A DNA stretch of 39,492 nucleotides from contig CAYJHK010000001.1 of NCBI GenBank assembly GCA_964369515.1, positions 1-39,492 on the forward strand. Direction: 5' to 3'. The stretch comes from an uncultured Desulfovibrionaceae bacterium. GTDB lineage: Bacteria > Desulfobacterota > Desulfovibrionia > Desulfovibrionales > Desulfovibrionaceae. Below the pieces are notes generated by a model, which saw nothing but the letters and a program-made list of their open reading frames with translations, did no database searches and was not told the DNA's origin. This document shows, piece by piece, positions 1-8,989 of this stretch (within the stretch, counting starts at the first letter, position 1; every line of letters starts with the position of its first letter). Position numbers and translations under genes: made by a program.

Positions 1-24
1 AAGTTTTTGGGGGTGGGGGTTTGG

Positions 25-59
25 GGGAGGAGACCTTTTTCCAAAAAGGTCCCTCTCCC
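25..59 (+). terminator. G/C-clamped hairpin followed by a T-run; probable terminator of the off-window upstream gene
   Basis: GGGAGGAGACCTTTT / AAAAGGTCCCTCTCCC arms around loop TCCA, then AAGATTTTTT. Same hairpin family as at 24403 and 39468. Confidence 0.45.
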
Positions 60-103
60 AAGATTTTTTGAGACAATTTTTACAAAATTGACGAATTTGA
101 ACC

Positions 104-3046
104 ATGAAGCTTGAAGAATATATACAGTCGCTAATGGCCTCACCCTTTGGAGAGCAAGTATGTCATCACCGTGTACTGCCGGCCGGTGAAGCTATATGTG
201 CGCCCTTGCATCGTCCACTGGCACCGGCTGTACAAAAATTACTCATAGAACGGGGCATCCATGAGCTTTTTAGTCATCAAGCACAGGCTGTGGATAGGGT
301 GCGTGCCGGAGAGTCTGTCGTGGTGGCAACGCCCACTGCCAGCGGAAAAAGTCTTATTTACACCCTACCCGTACTGGAAACATACCTACAAGACAAGGAG
401 GCTCGAGCACTCTACCTCTTCCCCTTAAAAGCTCTGTCGCAAGACCAAAAAAATAGCTTCGAAAATTTTGTCTCACCTTGGCCAAAGGATGCTCGTCCGA
501 GTATTGATATTTATGATGGCGATACAAGTGCACATACGCGCCAAAAAATCCGCAAAAATCCTCCGCATGTACTCATCACCACACCGGAAATGTTACATCT
601 TGGCATTGTGGCGCACCATGAAAAATGGTCACTATTTTTTGCCGGCTTAACGCATATAGTTGTAGATGAGGCTCATACCTATCGTGGCGTTTTTGGTGCG
701 CACATGGCACAGCTTTTCCAAAGGGTTCAACGTATTGCCGCTCGCTACGGCGCAAGGCCGCACTTTGTACTGTGCACCGCCACCGTTGGCAATGCAGAGG
801 AATTGGCGCAAAACTTATTGGGTCAAGGACATACACCTAAACTTATAGACAAATCCGGTGCACCTCAGGGCAAGAGGCATTTTGTCTTCCTTGACCCCGA
901 AGGTAGTGCCGCAACAGCCGCCATCGGTCTTTTGAAATCGGCCTTAGTGCGAGGATTGCGCACCATCGTCTATTGTCGTTCACGCCGCATGACAGAATTG
1001 ATTGCCCTTTGGGCCAGTGGCAAAGCCGGACAGTGGAAGAGCAAAATTTCTGCCTATCGTGCGGGATTTTTACCGGAAGAACGTAGAATTATAGAAGATA
1101 AAATGCACAGCGGCGAACTTACAGCCGTTATTTCCACCTCTGCCTTGGAGCTGGGTATTGACATTGGTACGCTCGATTTATGTATCTTGGTGGGCTATCC
1201 CGGGAGCATAATGGCCACATTGCAACGGGGCGGACGAGTTGGACGTGCGCAACAAGATTCAGCCATTTTCTTGGTGGCAGGAGAAGATGCTCTCGATCAA
1301 TACATCATCCGCCACGCCGAAGATTTTTTTTCACGTCCTGCGGAAAAGGCGGTCATTAATATTCATAACGAGGTGATTTTACAAAAGCATTTGTGCTGTG
1401 CGGCGGCAGAAATGCCCTTGCGTCCCGATGATAGAGATTCTTTATGGTTACAAAATGCCTCTGCGCAAAAATCCATTAAATTTCTCTGTAATAATGGACA
1501 GTTATTGCAAACGGAACATGGGCAAGAATATCTTGCGTTGCGTAAAAGGCCGCAGCGGCATGTGGATTTACGGGGACAAGGCGAAAGTTACAGCATTGTC
1601 GATGGGCAAGGGCAAGTCATCGGTACGGTGGATGCCATGCGTGCTTTTAAAGAAACCCATCCAGGAGCTGTCTACCTTCATCGTGGGCAAAGCTATGAAA
1701 TTGCAGAGCTTGATCGTGGGACTCGTACCATTGTGGCTAAGCAATGCAAAAAATCGTGGTTTACCAACGTTCGTTCACAAAAACAGACAGATATACTTGA
1801 AATCATCGAATGCAAACAACTTTATGGGACATATGTTTACAGAGGAAGGCTGCGTATAACCGAGCATATTACCGGTTACGAAAAACGCTCCGTGGCCGGC
1901 AACAGATTGCTTGGCGTTATTGCGCTGAATTTTCCGCCTTTCATCTTTGAAAGTGAGGGTTTATGGGTGGTCATTCCCGATGCCATTCGCCGCAAGCTCG
2001 AAGAAGAATATATCCACTTCATGGGCGCAATCCATGCCCTTGAGCACGCCGCCATTGGACTTTTGCCCTTGCTGGTTATGGCCGACAGAAATGATTTTGG
2101 CGGCATCTCCACGCCCTTGCATCCTGACTTGGCTCTGCCTGCCGTGTTTATATATGATGCCTTGCCGGGCGGAGCTGGGCTTTGCTCTGCGGCCTATACC
2201 GAAGCCCACACGCTTTTTGAGAACACCTTATCAGCCATCAAAGATTGTACGTGCGGCGACGGTTGTCCTTCTTGTGTGCATTCACCAAAATGTGGCTCCG
2301 GTAACAGACCCATTAGCAAGTCTGGTGCGCTACGGCTTTTGGAGTATATTTTTGCTGCTGAAGGAACAGATGCGCCTGTTTCTTTGCCTCTGTCCGCTGT
2401 AAAGACTGTAAAAACTTTAGAAATTAAAGAAGTTGAGAAAATCGAGGAAACCAAAGATGGCGAGGATGCAAAGGTTATCGAAGAGAACAAACAACCTAAA
2501 ATGCCCGAGCGTTACATGGTTTTTGATGTGGAAACACGACGCAGTGCAGCCGAGGTGGGGGGATGGCATCAAGCAAAAAAAATGGGCGTGAGTATTGCTG
2601 TGCTTTATGATAGTAAGGATGATATCTTTCATGCCTTTAGCCAAGATGAACTGCAAGGTTTATTTTTACTTTTACAGCAAGCTGACGTGGTTATTGGCTT
2701 TAATATTATACGTTTTGATTATGCAGTGCTGCAACCATTTGCCACATACACACTTAAAAGCCTGCCTACTCTTGATTTGCTTGACATTATCAAGGAAAAG
2801 TTAAATTATAGAGTGTCACTTGAAAATATTGCGTCAGCCACATTACATAGTCCCAAGAGTGCCGATGGGCTTATGGCTTTACGCTGGTGGAAAGAGGGAA
2901 ATATTCAAGAAATTACTGATTATTGTCGACAAGATGTGGCAATCACCAAGGGAATTTACGAATACGGCCTTAAAAATGGCTATGTACTTTTCACCAATAA
3001 GGCAAAAAAAGTGGTACGATGTCCGGTGAATTTTGAGCTTTTATAG
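104..3046 (+). CDS. SF2 DEAH-box helicase with DUF1998/MrfA-type zinc finger (YprA/MrfA/SftH-like), fused in frame to a C-terminal RNase-H-fold DEDD exonuclease domain (YprB/MrfB-like)
   Basis: 980-aa ORF. Helicase motifs ATPTASGKS (I), VVDEAH (II), TAT (III), QRGGRVGR (VI). Cys4 motif CTCGDGCPSCVHSPKCGSGN. The last ~180 aa carry exonuclease motifs FDVET, GFNIIRFD and DYCRQDV. Confidence 0.9.
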   Translation: MKLEEYIQSLMASPFGEQVCHHRVLPAGEAICAPLHRPLAPAVQKLLIERGIHELFSHQAQAVDRVRAGESVVVATPTASGKSLIYTLPVLETYLQDKEARALYLFPLKALSQDQKNSFENFVSPWPKDARPSIDIYDGDTSAHTRQKIRKNPPHVLITTPEMLHLGIVAHHEKWSLFFAGLTHIVVDEAHTYRGVFGAHMAQLFQRVQRIAARYGARPHFVLCTATVGNAEELAQNLLGQGHTPKLIDKSGAPQGKRHFVFLDPEGSAATAAIGLLKSALVRGLRTIVYCRSRRMTELIALWASGKAGQWKSKISAYRAGFLPEERRIIEDKMHSGELTAVISTSALELGIDIGTLDLCILVGYPGSIMATLQRGGRVGRAQQDSAIFLVAGEDALDQYIIRHAEDFFSRPAEKAVINIHNEVILQKHLCCAAAEMPLRPDDRDSLWLQNASAQKSIKFLCNNGQLLQTEHGQEYLALRKRPQRHVDLRGQGESYSIVDGQGQVIGTVDAMRAFKETHPGAVYLHRGQSYEIAELDRGTRTIVAKQCKKSWFTNVRSQKQTDILEIIECKQLYGTYVYRGRLRITEHITGYEKRSVAGNRLLGVIALNFPPFIFESEGLWVVIPDAIRRKLEEEYIHFMGAIHALEHAAIGLLPLLVMADRNDFGGISTPLHPDLALPAVFIYDALPGGAGLCSAAYTEAHTLFENTLSAIKDCTCGDGCPSCVHSPKCGSGNRPISKSGALRLLEYIFAAEGTDAPVSLPLSAVKTVKTLEIKEVEKIEETKDGEDAKVIEENKQPKMPERYMVFDVETRRSAAEVGGWHQAKKMGVSIAVLYDSKDDIFHAFSQDELQGLFLLLQQADVVIGFNIIRFDYAVLQPFATYTLKSLPTLDLLDIIKEKLNYRVSLENIASATLHSPKSADGLMALRWWKEGNIQEITDYCRQDVAITKGIYEYGLKNGYVLFTNKAKKVVRCPVNFELL

Positions 3047-3111
3047 TATATTATCTTCAAAATGATACGTTAGTAGCAATGTGGGAGATGAAAAATATTA
3101 ACTTACTGCTC

Positions 3112-3138
3112 TTAATAAAATCGACACATAGCCGATAA
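3112..3138 (+). promoter_or_regulatory. putative sigma-28 (FliA)-type promoter for motA-motB-pilZ
   Basis: Perfect -10 element GCCGATAA at 3131-3138. T/A-rich TTAATAAA lies 11-15 nt upstream where the TAAA -35 is expected. About 155 nt upstream of the motA start. Confidence 0.5.
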
Positions 3139-3292
3139 AGAGTTTTATGCATGTTCACCGGAGAATGAATTTTGACATTGCGGTGAAATTATGCCATAAG
3201 ACACTGATTAATGTTTATCTAACTGAAGATGGCGCATGTTTGTTTTTTATTTAACCTACTTACAGTGATTTTTTCCTTAAAAGGGATATGGT

Positions 3293-4060
3293 ATGGATAT
3301 AGCAACATTAGGCGGAATGCTTGGGGGCTTTGGGCTTGTACTTGGTTCTATATTTATTGGACCTCAACCGGGCAACTTTATTGACGTTCCAAGTATAATG
3401 ATTGTTGTTGGAGGAACGCTGTCCTCCATCTTCGTTTGCTTTCCTTTCGGTGAGGTAAAGCAGGCATTTAGTGCCGGTGTTAAAGCGTTTACCGCTAAGG
3501 ATGCGCCGGTGAGTGAAGTGGTTTCTACAATGGTAAAAATCGCCGAGATCAGTCGTCGGCAAGGTATTGTGGCTCTTGAGAAAATTCAAACGACAAATCC
3601 CATTTTGAAAAAAGCCACTCAGCTCATAGCTGACAGTGCCGATCCTTCGCTTATTCACGCCACCGTTTCCATTGAAATTATGTCCATGAAAAAACGGCAT
3701 AATATCGGAATTAACGTATTTACACGCCTTGCATCCTTGGCTCCTGCCATGGGTATGGTGGGTACGCTCATCGGCCTTGTGCAAATGCTTGCCAACCTTT
3801 CGGACCCCGCAGCCATTGGACCTGCTATGGCTGTTGCTATTTTGACAACGTTTTATGGCGCACTTATTGCAAACTTGCTATTTATACCGCTTGCCGGTAA
3901 ATTAAAAGCCAGAAGTATGCAAGAAGAGTTGCTTCTAATGATTATTTTTGAAGGTGCCAAGTCAATTTTAGAAAACAACAACCCTAATCTTGTATACGAA
4001 AAGTTGTCTTCCTTCTTGCCTCCAAAAGAGCGCAAAGGGCCGGATAAGGGTGAAAAATAA
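3293..4060 (+). CDS. motA: flagellar stator protein MotA/PomA (MotA/TolQ/ExbB proton-channel family)
   Basis: 255 aa, the canonical stator size. Hydrophobic N-terminal pair and C-terminal pair of TM segments (LAPAMGMVGTLIGLVQML, ILTTFYGALIANLLFIPL). Immediately followed by motB. Confidence 0.9.
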   Translation: MDIATLGGMLGGFGLVLGSIFIGPQPGNFIDVPSIMIVVGGTLSSIFVCFPFGEVKQAFSAGVKAFTAKDAPVSEVVSTMVKIAEISRRQGIVALEKIQTTNPILKKATQLIADSADPSLIHATVSIEIMSMKKRHNIGINVFTRLASLAPAMGMVGTLIGLVQMLANLSDPAAIGPAMAVAILTTFYGALIANLLFIPLAGKLKARSMQEELLLMIIFEGAKSILENNNPNLVYEKLSSFLPPKERKGPDKGEK

Positions 4061-4074
4061 TAGCGAGAAAAACT

Positions 4075-4812
4075 ATGAGTGACGATCCGATTGCCAGTAG
4101 TGACGATGATGATGATGGCGAAGGGGAAGGCTGGTTAGCGACCTTTGCAGACATTAGTATGCTCTTGCTTGTGTTCTTTATTTTGCTCTTTTCACTTTCA
4201 AGTGTGGAGAAAACAAAGTTTGTCTTGGCAATGGGCTCCATAAAGGGTGCGCTTGGGGGCGATGAAAGCTCCCTTGCAAGTAAGGATCCGACAAATATTA
4301 CCGGGGCTTTACATGAAGAAGTGAAACGGCGTAAAGAACTTATTGAAGCCCAAAAGCAAACTTTTAATGACATTCGATCCTTTTTGGTGCAAAATGGTAT
4401 GGAGGGGCAAGTAGGGGCGGTGCTCGATGAGGGTACTGTAACTTTACGTCTCCCCGGGAAGGTGCTTTTTGCTCCCAATAGTGCCGAAATTTCTGAAGAG
4501 AGCAAAAAAGTATTGGATGTGCTTAAAAATATTTTTGTGCAAAGACGTGAACAACGCATTGATATTCGAGGATATTCTGACGACACCCCCGTACCTGCGG
4601 GGTCGCGCTTCAAGGATAATTGGGAATTATCTTCATTGCGAGCCGTTGCTGTCTTGCGTTATTTGCTCACACAAGGTATTGAACCGGATAGGTTAACGGC
4701 GACGGGGTTTGGGTCTTTGAATCCCATTTTACCCAACACCACCGAAGAAAATAGGGCACGCAATCGACGTGTTGAATTTGTCCTGCAACGAGATGTAACA
4801 AAGAGTCAATGA
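4075..4812 (+). CDS. motB: flagellar stator protein MotB/PomB (OmpA-like peptidoglycan-binding C-terminus)
   Basis: Single N-terminal TM with conserved Asp (WLATFADISMLLLVFFILLF). OmpA-like C-terminus (ELSSLRA...NRRVEFVL). Confidence 0.9.
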   Translation: MSDDPIASSDDDDDGEGEGWLATFADISMLLLVFFILLFSLSSVEKTKFVLAMGSIKGALGGDESSLASKDPTNITGALHEEVKRRKELIEAQKQTFNDIRSFLVQNGMEGQVGAVLDEGTVTLRLPGKVLFAPNSAEISEESKKVLDVLKNIFVQRREQRIDIRGYSDDTPVPAGSRFKDNWELSSLRAVAVLRYLLTQGIEPDRLTATGFGSLNPILPNTTEENRARNRRVEFVLQRDVTKSQ

Positions 4813-5189
4813 TGGCAAGAGAATCACGCTTTTCTTTTACGATGGATGAGGATGGTCAAAGCCAAAGACATGCCTATCGCACCAATGTTCACGGCATTGA
4901 GGTTCGCTTGAATAAAGGAAACAACGTTTATAAGGTTGTGGATTTGAGCGTTACCGGCTGTGCTTTTCAAATGCCCAAAAAGATTTTAGTTGAGGGGCAT
5001 GTTCTGACTTTGCAGATGGAAGTTAGGCAACGTATTATTCTTGCTGATATCCGTGCACGGGTGATACGCAGTACCGCAACCGGCATAGTTGCCTGTAACT
5101 TTGTTGACTTAAGCGAACGCCAAGAATATTCACTTGATAAGCTTGTTTTGGAAATTCAAAAGCGTATCATCGAAGTGAGCAAACTTTAA
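4809..5189 (+). CDS. PilZ-domain protein (putative c-di-GMP receptor)
   Basis: PilZ motifs RHAYR (RxxxR) and DLSVTG (DxSxxG). The start ATG overlaps the motB stop (ATGA), suggesting translational coupling. Confidence 0.8.
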   Translation: MMARESRFSFTMDEDGQSQRHAYRTNVHGIEVRLNKGNNVYKVVDLSVTGCAFQMPKKILVEGHVLTLQMEVRQRIILADIRARVIRSTATGIVACNFVDLSERQEYSLDKLVLEIQKRIIEVSKL

Positions 5190-5195
5190 CACAAT

Positions 5196-5250
5196 AAGAC
5201 ACTTCTGCGCTTTTCATACATTGTTGCGGGCGTGTCTTTTCTTTTGTTTT
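5196..5250 (+). terminator. weak candidate terminator after pilZ
   Basis: AAGACAC ... GTGTCTT arms followed by TTTCTTTTGTTTT. The loop is long (about 29 nt), so the call is weak. Confidence 0.3.
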
Positions 5251-5268
5251 ATATATTAAGGGTTTTTC

Positions 5269-6696
5269 ATGGATTTAACTCAAGAAAAAGTGCTTGTGGC
5301 CAATCGCGGCGAAATCGCCATGCGCATAGCCAGGGCGTGTTATAAGCTGGGAGTGGCTTTTACCTGTATTTACACAGCAGAAGATGCAGCTTCGGGTCAT
5401 GTACAATTGGCACGTAGCATTGGCGGAGAAAAAAATCTCTATAAAGTATCTTCCTATCACGATGCCAATGAGATTGTGGCCGTAGCCGATGATGCAAACT
5501 GCACTGCCATTCATCCGGGTTATGGTTTTTTTGCCGAAGATTTTCGCTTTGCACGGCGTGTTACCAAACGTGACCGCAAGTTAAAATTTATTGGGCCTTC
5601 ATGGAAAATTATCCGTGAACTTGGCGATAAAATCAATACGAAACGCCTTGCTCGCAGCCTTGGGGTTCCTACGGTTCCCGGCTCCGATCGCCCCATTTAC
5701 GATGAACTTGAAGCAGAAAAAATAGCTCGCACAGTTTTTGATTTTCAAATAAAGCGTGGCATCAAGCAGCCCTTGGTGCTTGTGAAAGCTTCTGCCGGCG
5801 GCGGCGGTATGGGCATTGAGGAAGTGTATGATATCGACAATTTCCGCTCAGTCTATCGCCGTATTCGCAATTATGCCTTGCGTCAATTCAAGGATGAGGG
5901 CGTACTCATTGAACAACGTGTTATGGATTTTAACCATCTTGAAGTTCAAATAGTTTCTGACCGCTCTGGAACAAATCCCGTTCATTTCGGAACCCGCAAT
6001 TGCTCTATCCAGTCCACCGGCCTGCAAAAACGCATCGAAATTGCCCCCGGGTTTGACCCGGAAAATATTGAATATACATTTGATGCCGCCAAGGTGCTTG
6101 AAGATATAATTCAATATTCGCTCACCATGGCACGCAAGGTTGGTTATGACAATGTGGGTACTTGGGAGTGGATAGTAACTCGAGACGGTGAACCATTCCT
6201 TATGGAAGTAAACACTCGTATTCAAGTAGAAAACGGCATATCTGCCCGTATTTCCAGCGTGAAAGATAGGCTTGCCCTTGGTGAAGTGGACTTGCTTGCC
6301 GAGCAAATACGCATTGGGCTTGGCGATCCCCTTGGCTATACGCAGGACGATATCTCCTTTGAAGGTGTGAGCATTGAATATCGCCTCATTGCTGAGGACA
6401 CGGAAAATCGCTTTGCGCCTTGGGTTGGAACCATCGACGCCTATAATTGGAAAGAGCAAGAATGGTTGACCATGTTAACCCATGTCCCAACCACAAAGCC
6501 CTATATAATCCCCACCGAATTTGACCCAAACCTTGCCCTTGGTATTGTCCATGGTAAGGATATTCACGAAGCCAAGGCGCGCGGTGTGGAGTTTTTGAAT
6601 TCGCTCACCTTGCAAGGACATAACGCAAGCGGCGAAAAGCTTAAATCAAATATTCATTTCTTGCGTGAAAATACCCAACGCATTTTACGATTTTAA
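5269..6696 (+). CDS. accC: biotin carboxylase (ATP-grasp; acetyl-CoA carboxylase-type BC subunit, no BCCP domain)
   Basis: KVLVANRGEIAMRI N-terminus, glycine loop ASAGGGGMGI, MEVNTRIQVE motif; 475 aa. Confidence 0.9.
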   Translation: MDLTQEKVLVANRGEIAMRIARACYKLGVAFTCIYTAEDAASGHVQLARSIGGEKNLYKVSSYHDANEIVAVADDANCTAIHPGYGFFAEDFRFARRVTKRDRKLKFIGPSWKIIRELGDKINTKRLARSLGVPTVPGSDRPIYDELEAEKIARTVFDFQIKRGIKQPLVLVKASAGGGGMGIEEVYDIDNFRSVYRRIRNYALRQFKDEGVLIEQRVMDFNHLEVQIVSDRSGTNPVHFGTRNCSIQSTGLQKRIEIAPGFDPENIEYTFDAAKVLEDIIQYSLTMARKVGYDNVGTWEWIVTRDGEPFLMEVNTRIQVENGISARISSVKDRLALGEVDLLAEQIRIGLGDPLGYTQDDISFEGVSIEYRLIAEDTENRFAPWVGTIDAYNWKEQEWLTMLTHVPTTKPYIIPTEFDPNLALGIVHGKDIHEAKARGVEFLNSLTLQGHNASGEKLKSNIHFLRENTQRILRF

Positions 6697-6728
6697 GATA
6701 ATATTTTTTATGGACGAAAAGGTCTGAT

Positions 6729-8975
6729 ATGGATAATTCGATCGAAAAACGATTGCAAAGCTTACAAGATAGGCTTGTTTATATACAAGATATATTTATA
6801 GATAAACATCTGGACAAGGTTGAACTTCTCAAGGAAAAGCTGGAGCAGTTAAATACAAGGCTTTCAGAAGGAAAAAGCGATAATCCTCAAACGGAAATAG
6901 TTACCGTTGAGGAACTTTTTTCTTTCGTCGAGCGAAAGCTTGAAAGTGAAATCACCCCCATGGATAAAGTGCGCATAGTTCGCCATCCACAACGCATCTG
7001 CCTGCGTGATATCTTGGATAATGTGTACGATAACTTCACGGAAATCGGTGGACAGGACGAATACAGCATTGACCCAAGTATGCTCATTGCTCGCGCAATC
7101 ATCACCAGACGGCGAGGCAAAAAGACATATAACCAATCGGTAATGGTCATTGGGCAAGAAAAAGGCCATGGTGCCGAATTTCGCAACGGTGGTTCCGTAA
7201 AGCCGTGGGGTAACGCCAAGGCATTGCAATATATGCGTGTTGCCGAGGCTGAAGGTATTCCCATCCATACATTTATTTTCACTCCTGGATCGTATCCTGT
7301 GGAAGATTATCCGGGAGCAGCTCAGCAAATTGCAAGAAATATCTATGGTATGGCAAAATTGCGAGTACCGGTAATAGCTGTTATTTCCGAAGGTGGTTCC
7401 GGCGGTGCTGAAGCCATAGGTCTTGCAGACAGAAGGCTTATGCTTTCGCATGGTTACTACTCTGTTATTTCACCTGAAGGGGCAGCTGCCATTGAGGGAC
7501 GTATCAAAGCAGGGATGCGTGCAAGCTCTGAACTCATAGATTACTGTGCGCAAGCCTTACATATAACAGCCCAAGATAATATGAATTTTGGCTATATCGA
7601 TAAAATAATTCAAGAACCGACCCTAGGCGCAAGGCCGGGGCATTTCGATTTCTTTCGCTCATTGCGTCAGGAAATAATGCGTGCCACGGATGAAGTGGTA
7701 CTGTCCAGTAGAAAAATGCCCATATTGCGTGGTATTGCCATCTCTCGTAGGCGCAACGAAGCCATAAATCTCGAAGAACGTTACATGCGCTGGGGGCTGT
7801 CTGCCGGCAATAGAAATCGCCTTGTAAGATTACGCCAAGAAAAATTTTTGCGCCTTTCCAGTAATGCTTGCCGAGATCACAGACCTTGGTATACAAAGAT
7901 GTGGCGCTCCATCACCGGTGCCATGGTTATGCGCTGGAATAGAATAAAGTATGATCTTTATCGTAATCAACAACGCAAAGTGGGTTTTTTTTGGGAAGAA
8001 GTGCATAGTGAATACCAACTCATGAAGGGACGAATTCTCAGTCCTTTTAAACGTATTGTGGGTAGCACAAAAAGCAAGAGCACAGAAGAGGAAACGCTTA
8101 CAAAACTTTCGACTTGGGTTGACGAAGGAAGAGTAAGTCGCTGGAATTACATATCTCCACGCTTTAAAATTGACCGAACCTTGACGTGCCCAAATGCCGC
8201 AAAGCACGGTTGTCTTGACTTGTGGGGTCCTGACCTTTTTGCTGAATTTGCAGGCGTTTGCAGTTATTGCGGACATCATTTTCCTATGGAGCCCGAGTGG
8301 TATGTGCGCAATGTGTTTGACCAAGGCTCTGTTTTTGAGTTCAACGCCGCCATTGAAGCCGGTAACCCATTGAACTTTAGAGATTTCGATTTGCGCATCC
8401 ATGAAGCACAGAAGAAAACCAACGCCAAAAGTGGATGCATGACTTTCGAGGCAAGCATTGACGGAGTTAAGGTCATCGTAGCCATGCTTATGGGAACTTT
8501 TCGAGGCGGATCCGTTGGGGCTGCCGAAGGGCAAAAATTTGTGGAAGCCTGCGAACTTGCAATGAAAAAACGTTATCCTTTCTTGGCTTATGTGCACGGT
8601 ACTGCCGGCATACGCATTCAAGAAGGCACACACGGCGTCATTCAAATGCCACGATGCACGGTAGCTGTGCGCCGCTATATTGATAATGGCGGACTGTATC
8701 TTGTGCTGTACGATACTAATTCCTTCGCAGGTCCGGTGGCGAGTTTTCTTGGTTGTTCGCCCTATCAATTTGCTGTGCGTTCTTCCAATCTTGGCTTTGC
8801 AGGCCCGGGTGTCATTAAGGAGACCACGGGCATTGATATTCCGCCTGACTATCATCGGTCAAGTAATGCCCTTTCGCGTGGTCATATCCAAGGTATTTGG
8901 GACAGGCGACATATTCGTGCAAACCTTAAGCAAGCCCTACTGACCATAGGCGGGCGTAATGTTTATTATAGGTAA
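6729..8975 (+). CDS. fused carboxyltransferase, AccA-like (N-terminal) plus AccD-like (C-terminal)
   Basis: The N-terminal half has the AccA signature ISEGGSGGAEAIG...YSVISPEGAAAI. The C-terminal half has an AccD-type zinc ribbon CPNAAKHGC...CSYCGHH and a carboxyltransferase core. A basic linker of roughly 130 aa joins them. Confidence 0.85.
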   Translation: MDNSIEKRLQSLQDRLVYIQDIFIDKHLDKVELLKEKLEQLNTRLSEGKSDNPQTEIVTVEELFSFVERKLESEITPMDKVRIVRHPQRICLRDILDNVYDNFTEIGGQDEYSIDPSMLIARAIITRRRGKKTYNQSVMVIGQEKGHGAEFRNGGSVKPWGNAKALQYMRVAEAEGIPIHTFIFTPGSYPVEDYPGAAQQIARNIYGMAKLRVPVIAVISEGGSGGAEAIGLADRRLMLSHGYYSVISPEGAAAIEGRIKAGMRASSELIDYCAQALHITAQDNMNFGYIDKIIQEPTLGARPGHFDFFRSLRQEIMRATDEVVLSSRKMPILRGIAISRRRNEAINLEERYMRWGLSAGNRNRLVRLRQEKFLRLSSNACRDHRPWYTKMWRSITGAMVMRWNRIKYDLYRNQQRKVGFFWEEVHSEYQLMKGRILSPFKRIVGSTKSKSTEEETLTKLSTWVDEGRVSRWNYISPRFKIDRTLTCPNAAKHGCLDLWGPDLFAEFAGVCSYCGHHFPMEPEWYVRNVFDQGSVFEFNAAIEAGNPLNFRDFDLRIHEAQKKTNAKSGCMTFEASIDGVKVIVAMLMGTFRGGSVGAAEGQKFVEACELAMKKRYPFLAYVHGTAGIRIQEGTHGVIQMPRCTVAVRRYIDNGGLYLVLYDTNSFAGPVASFLGCSPYQFAVRSSNLGFAGPGVIKETTGIDIPPDYHRSSNALSRGHIQGIWDRRHIRANLKQALLTIGGRNVYYR

Positions 8976-8989
8976 TATTAGGAAAAGTT

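Noticed and set aside
2501-3046. Internal ATG (MPERYMVFDVE...) could mark a separate exonuclease gene.
   Set aside because: There is no stop codon between the helicase part and this ATG, and the frame is continuous from 104. Without read-level evidence the fusion is the simplest reading.
104-5189. Helicase-nuclease gene next to a MotA/MotB pair looked superficially like a Zorya-type anti-phage system.
   Set aside because: MotA is 255 aa, the canonical flagellar stator size, and lacks the long ZorA cytoplasmic tail. A perfect sigma-28 -10 box separates it from the helicase gene. A PilZ gene is coupled to motB. No ZorC/ZorE-like gene is present. This is best read as an ordinary flagellar stator operon adjacent to a repair helicase.
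7830-8855. 341-aa ORF antisense to the carboxyltransferase gene. Similar long antisense or alternate-frame ORFs occur at 3984-4613, 5848-6459, 13338-13973, 19281-20039 and 24039-24467.
   Set aside because: All lie wholly inside strongly supported genes. They have odd composition (Cys/His/Arg- or Ala/Ser-rich), no RBS and no recognisable motifs. They are typical shadow ORFs.
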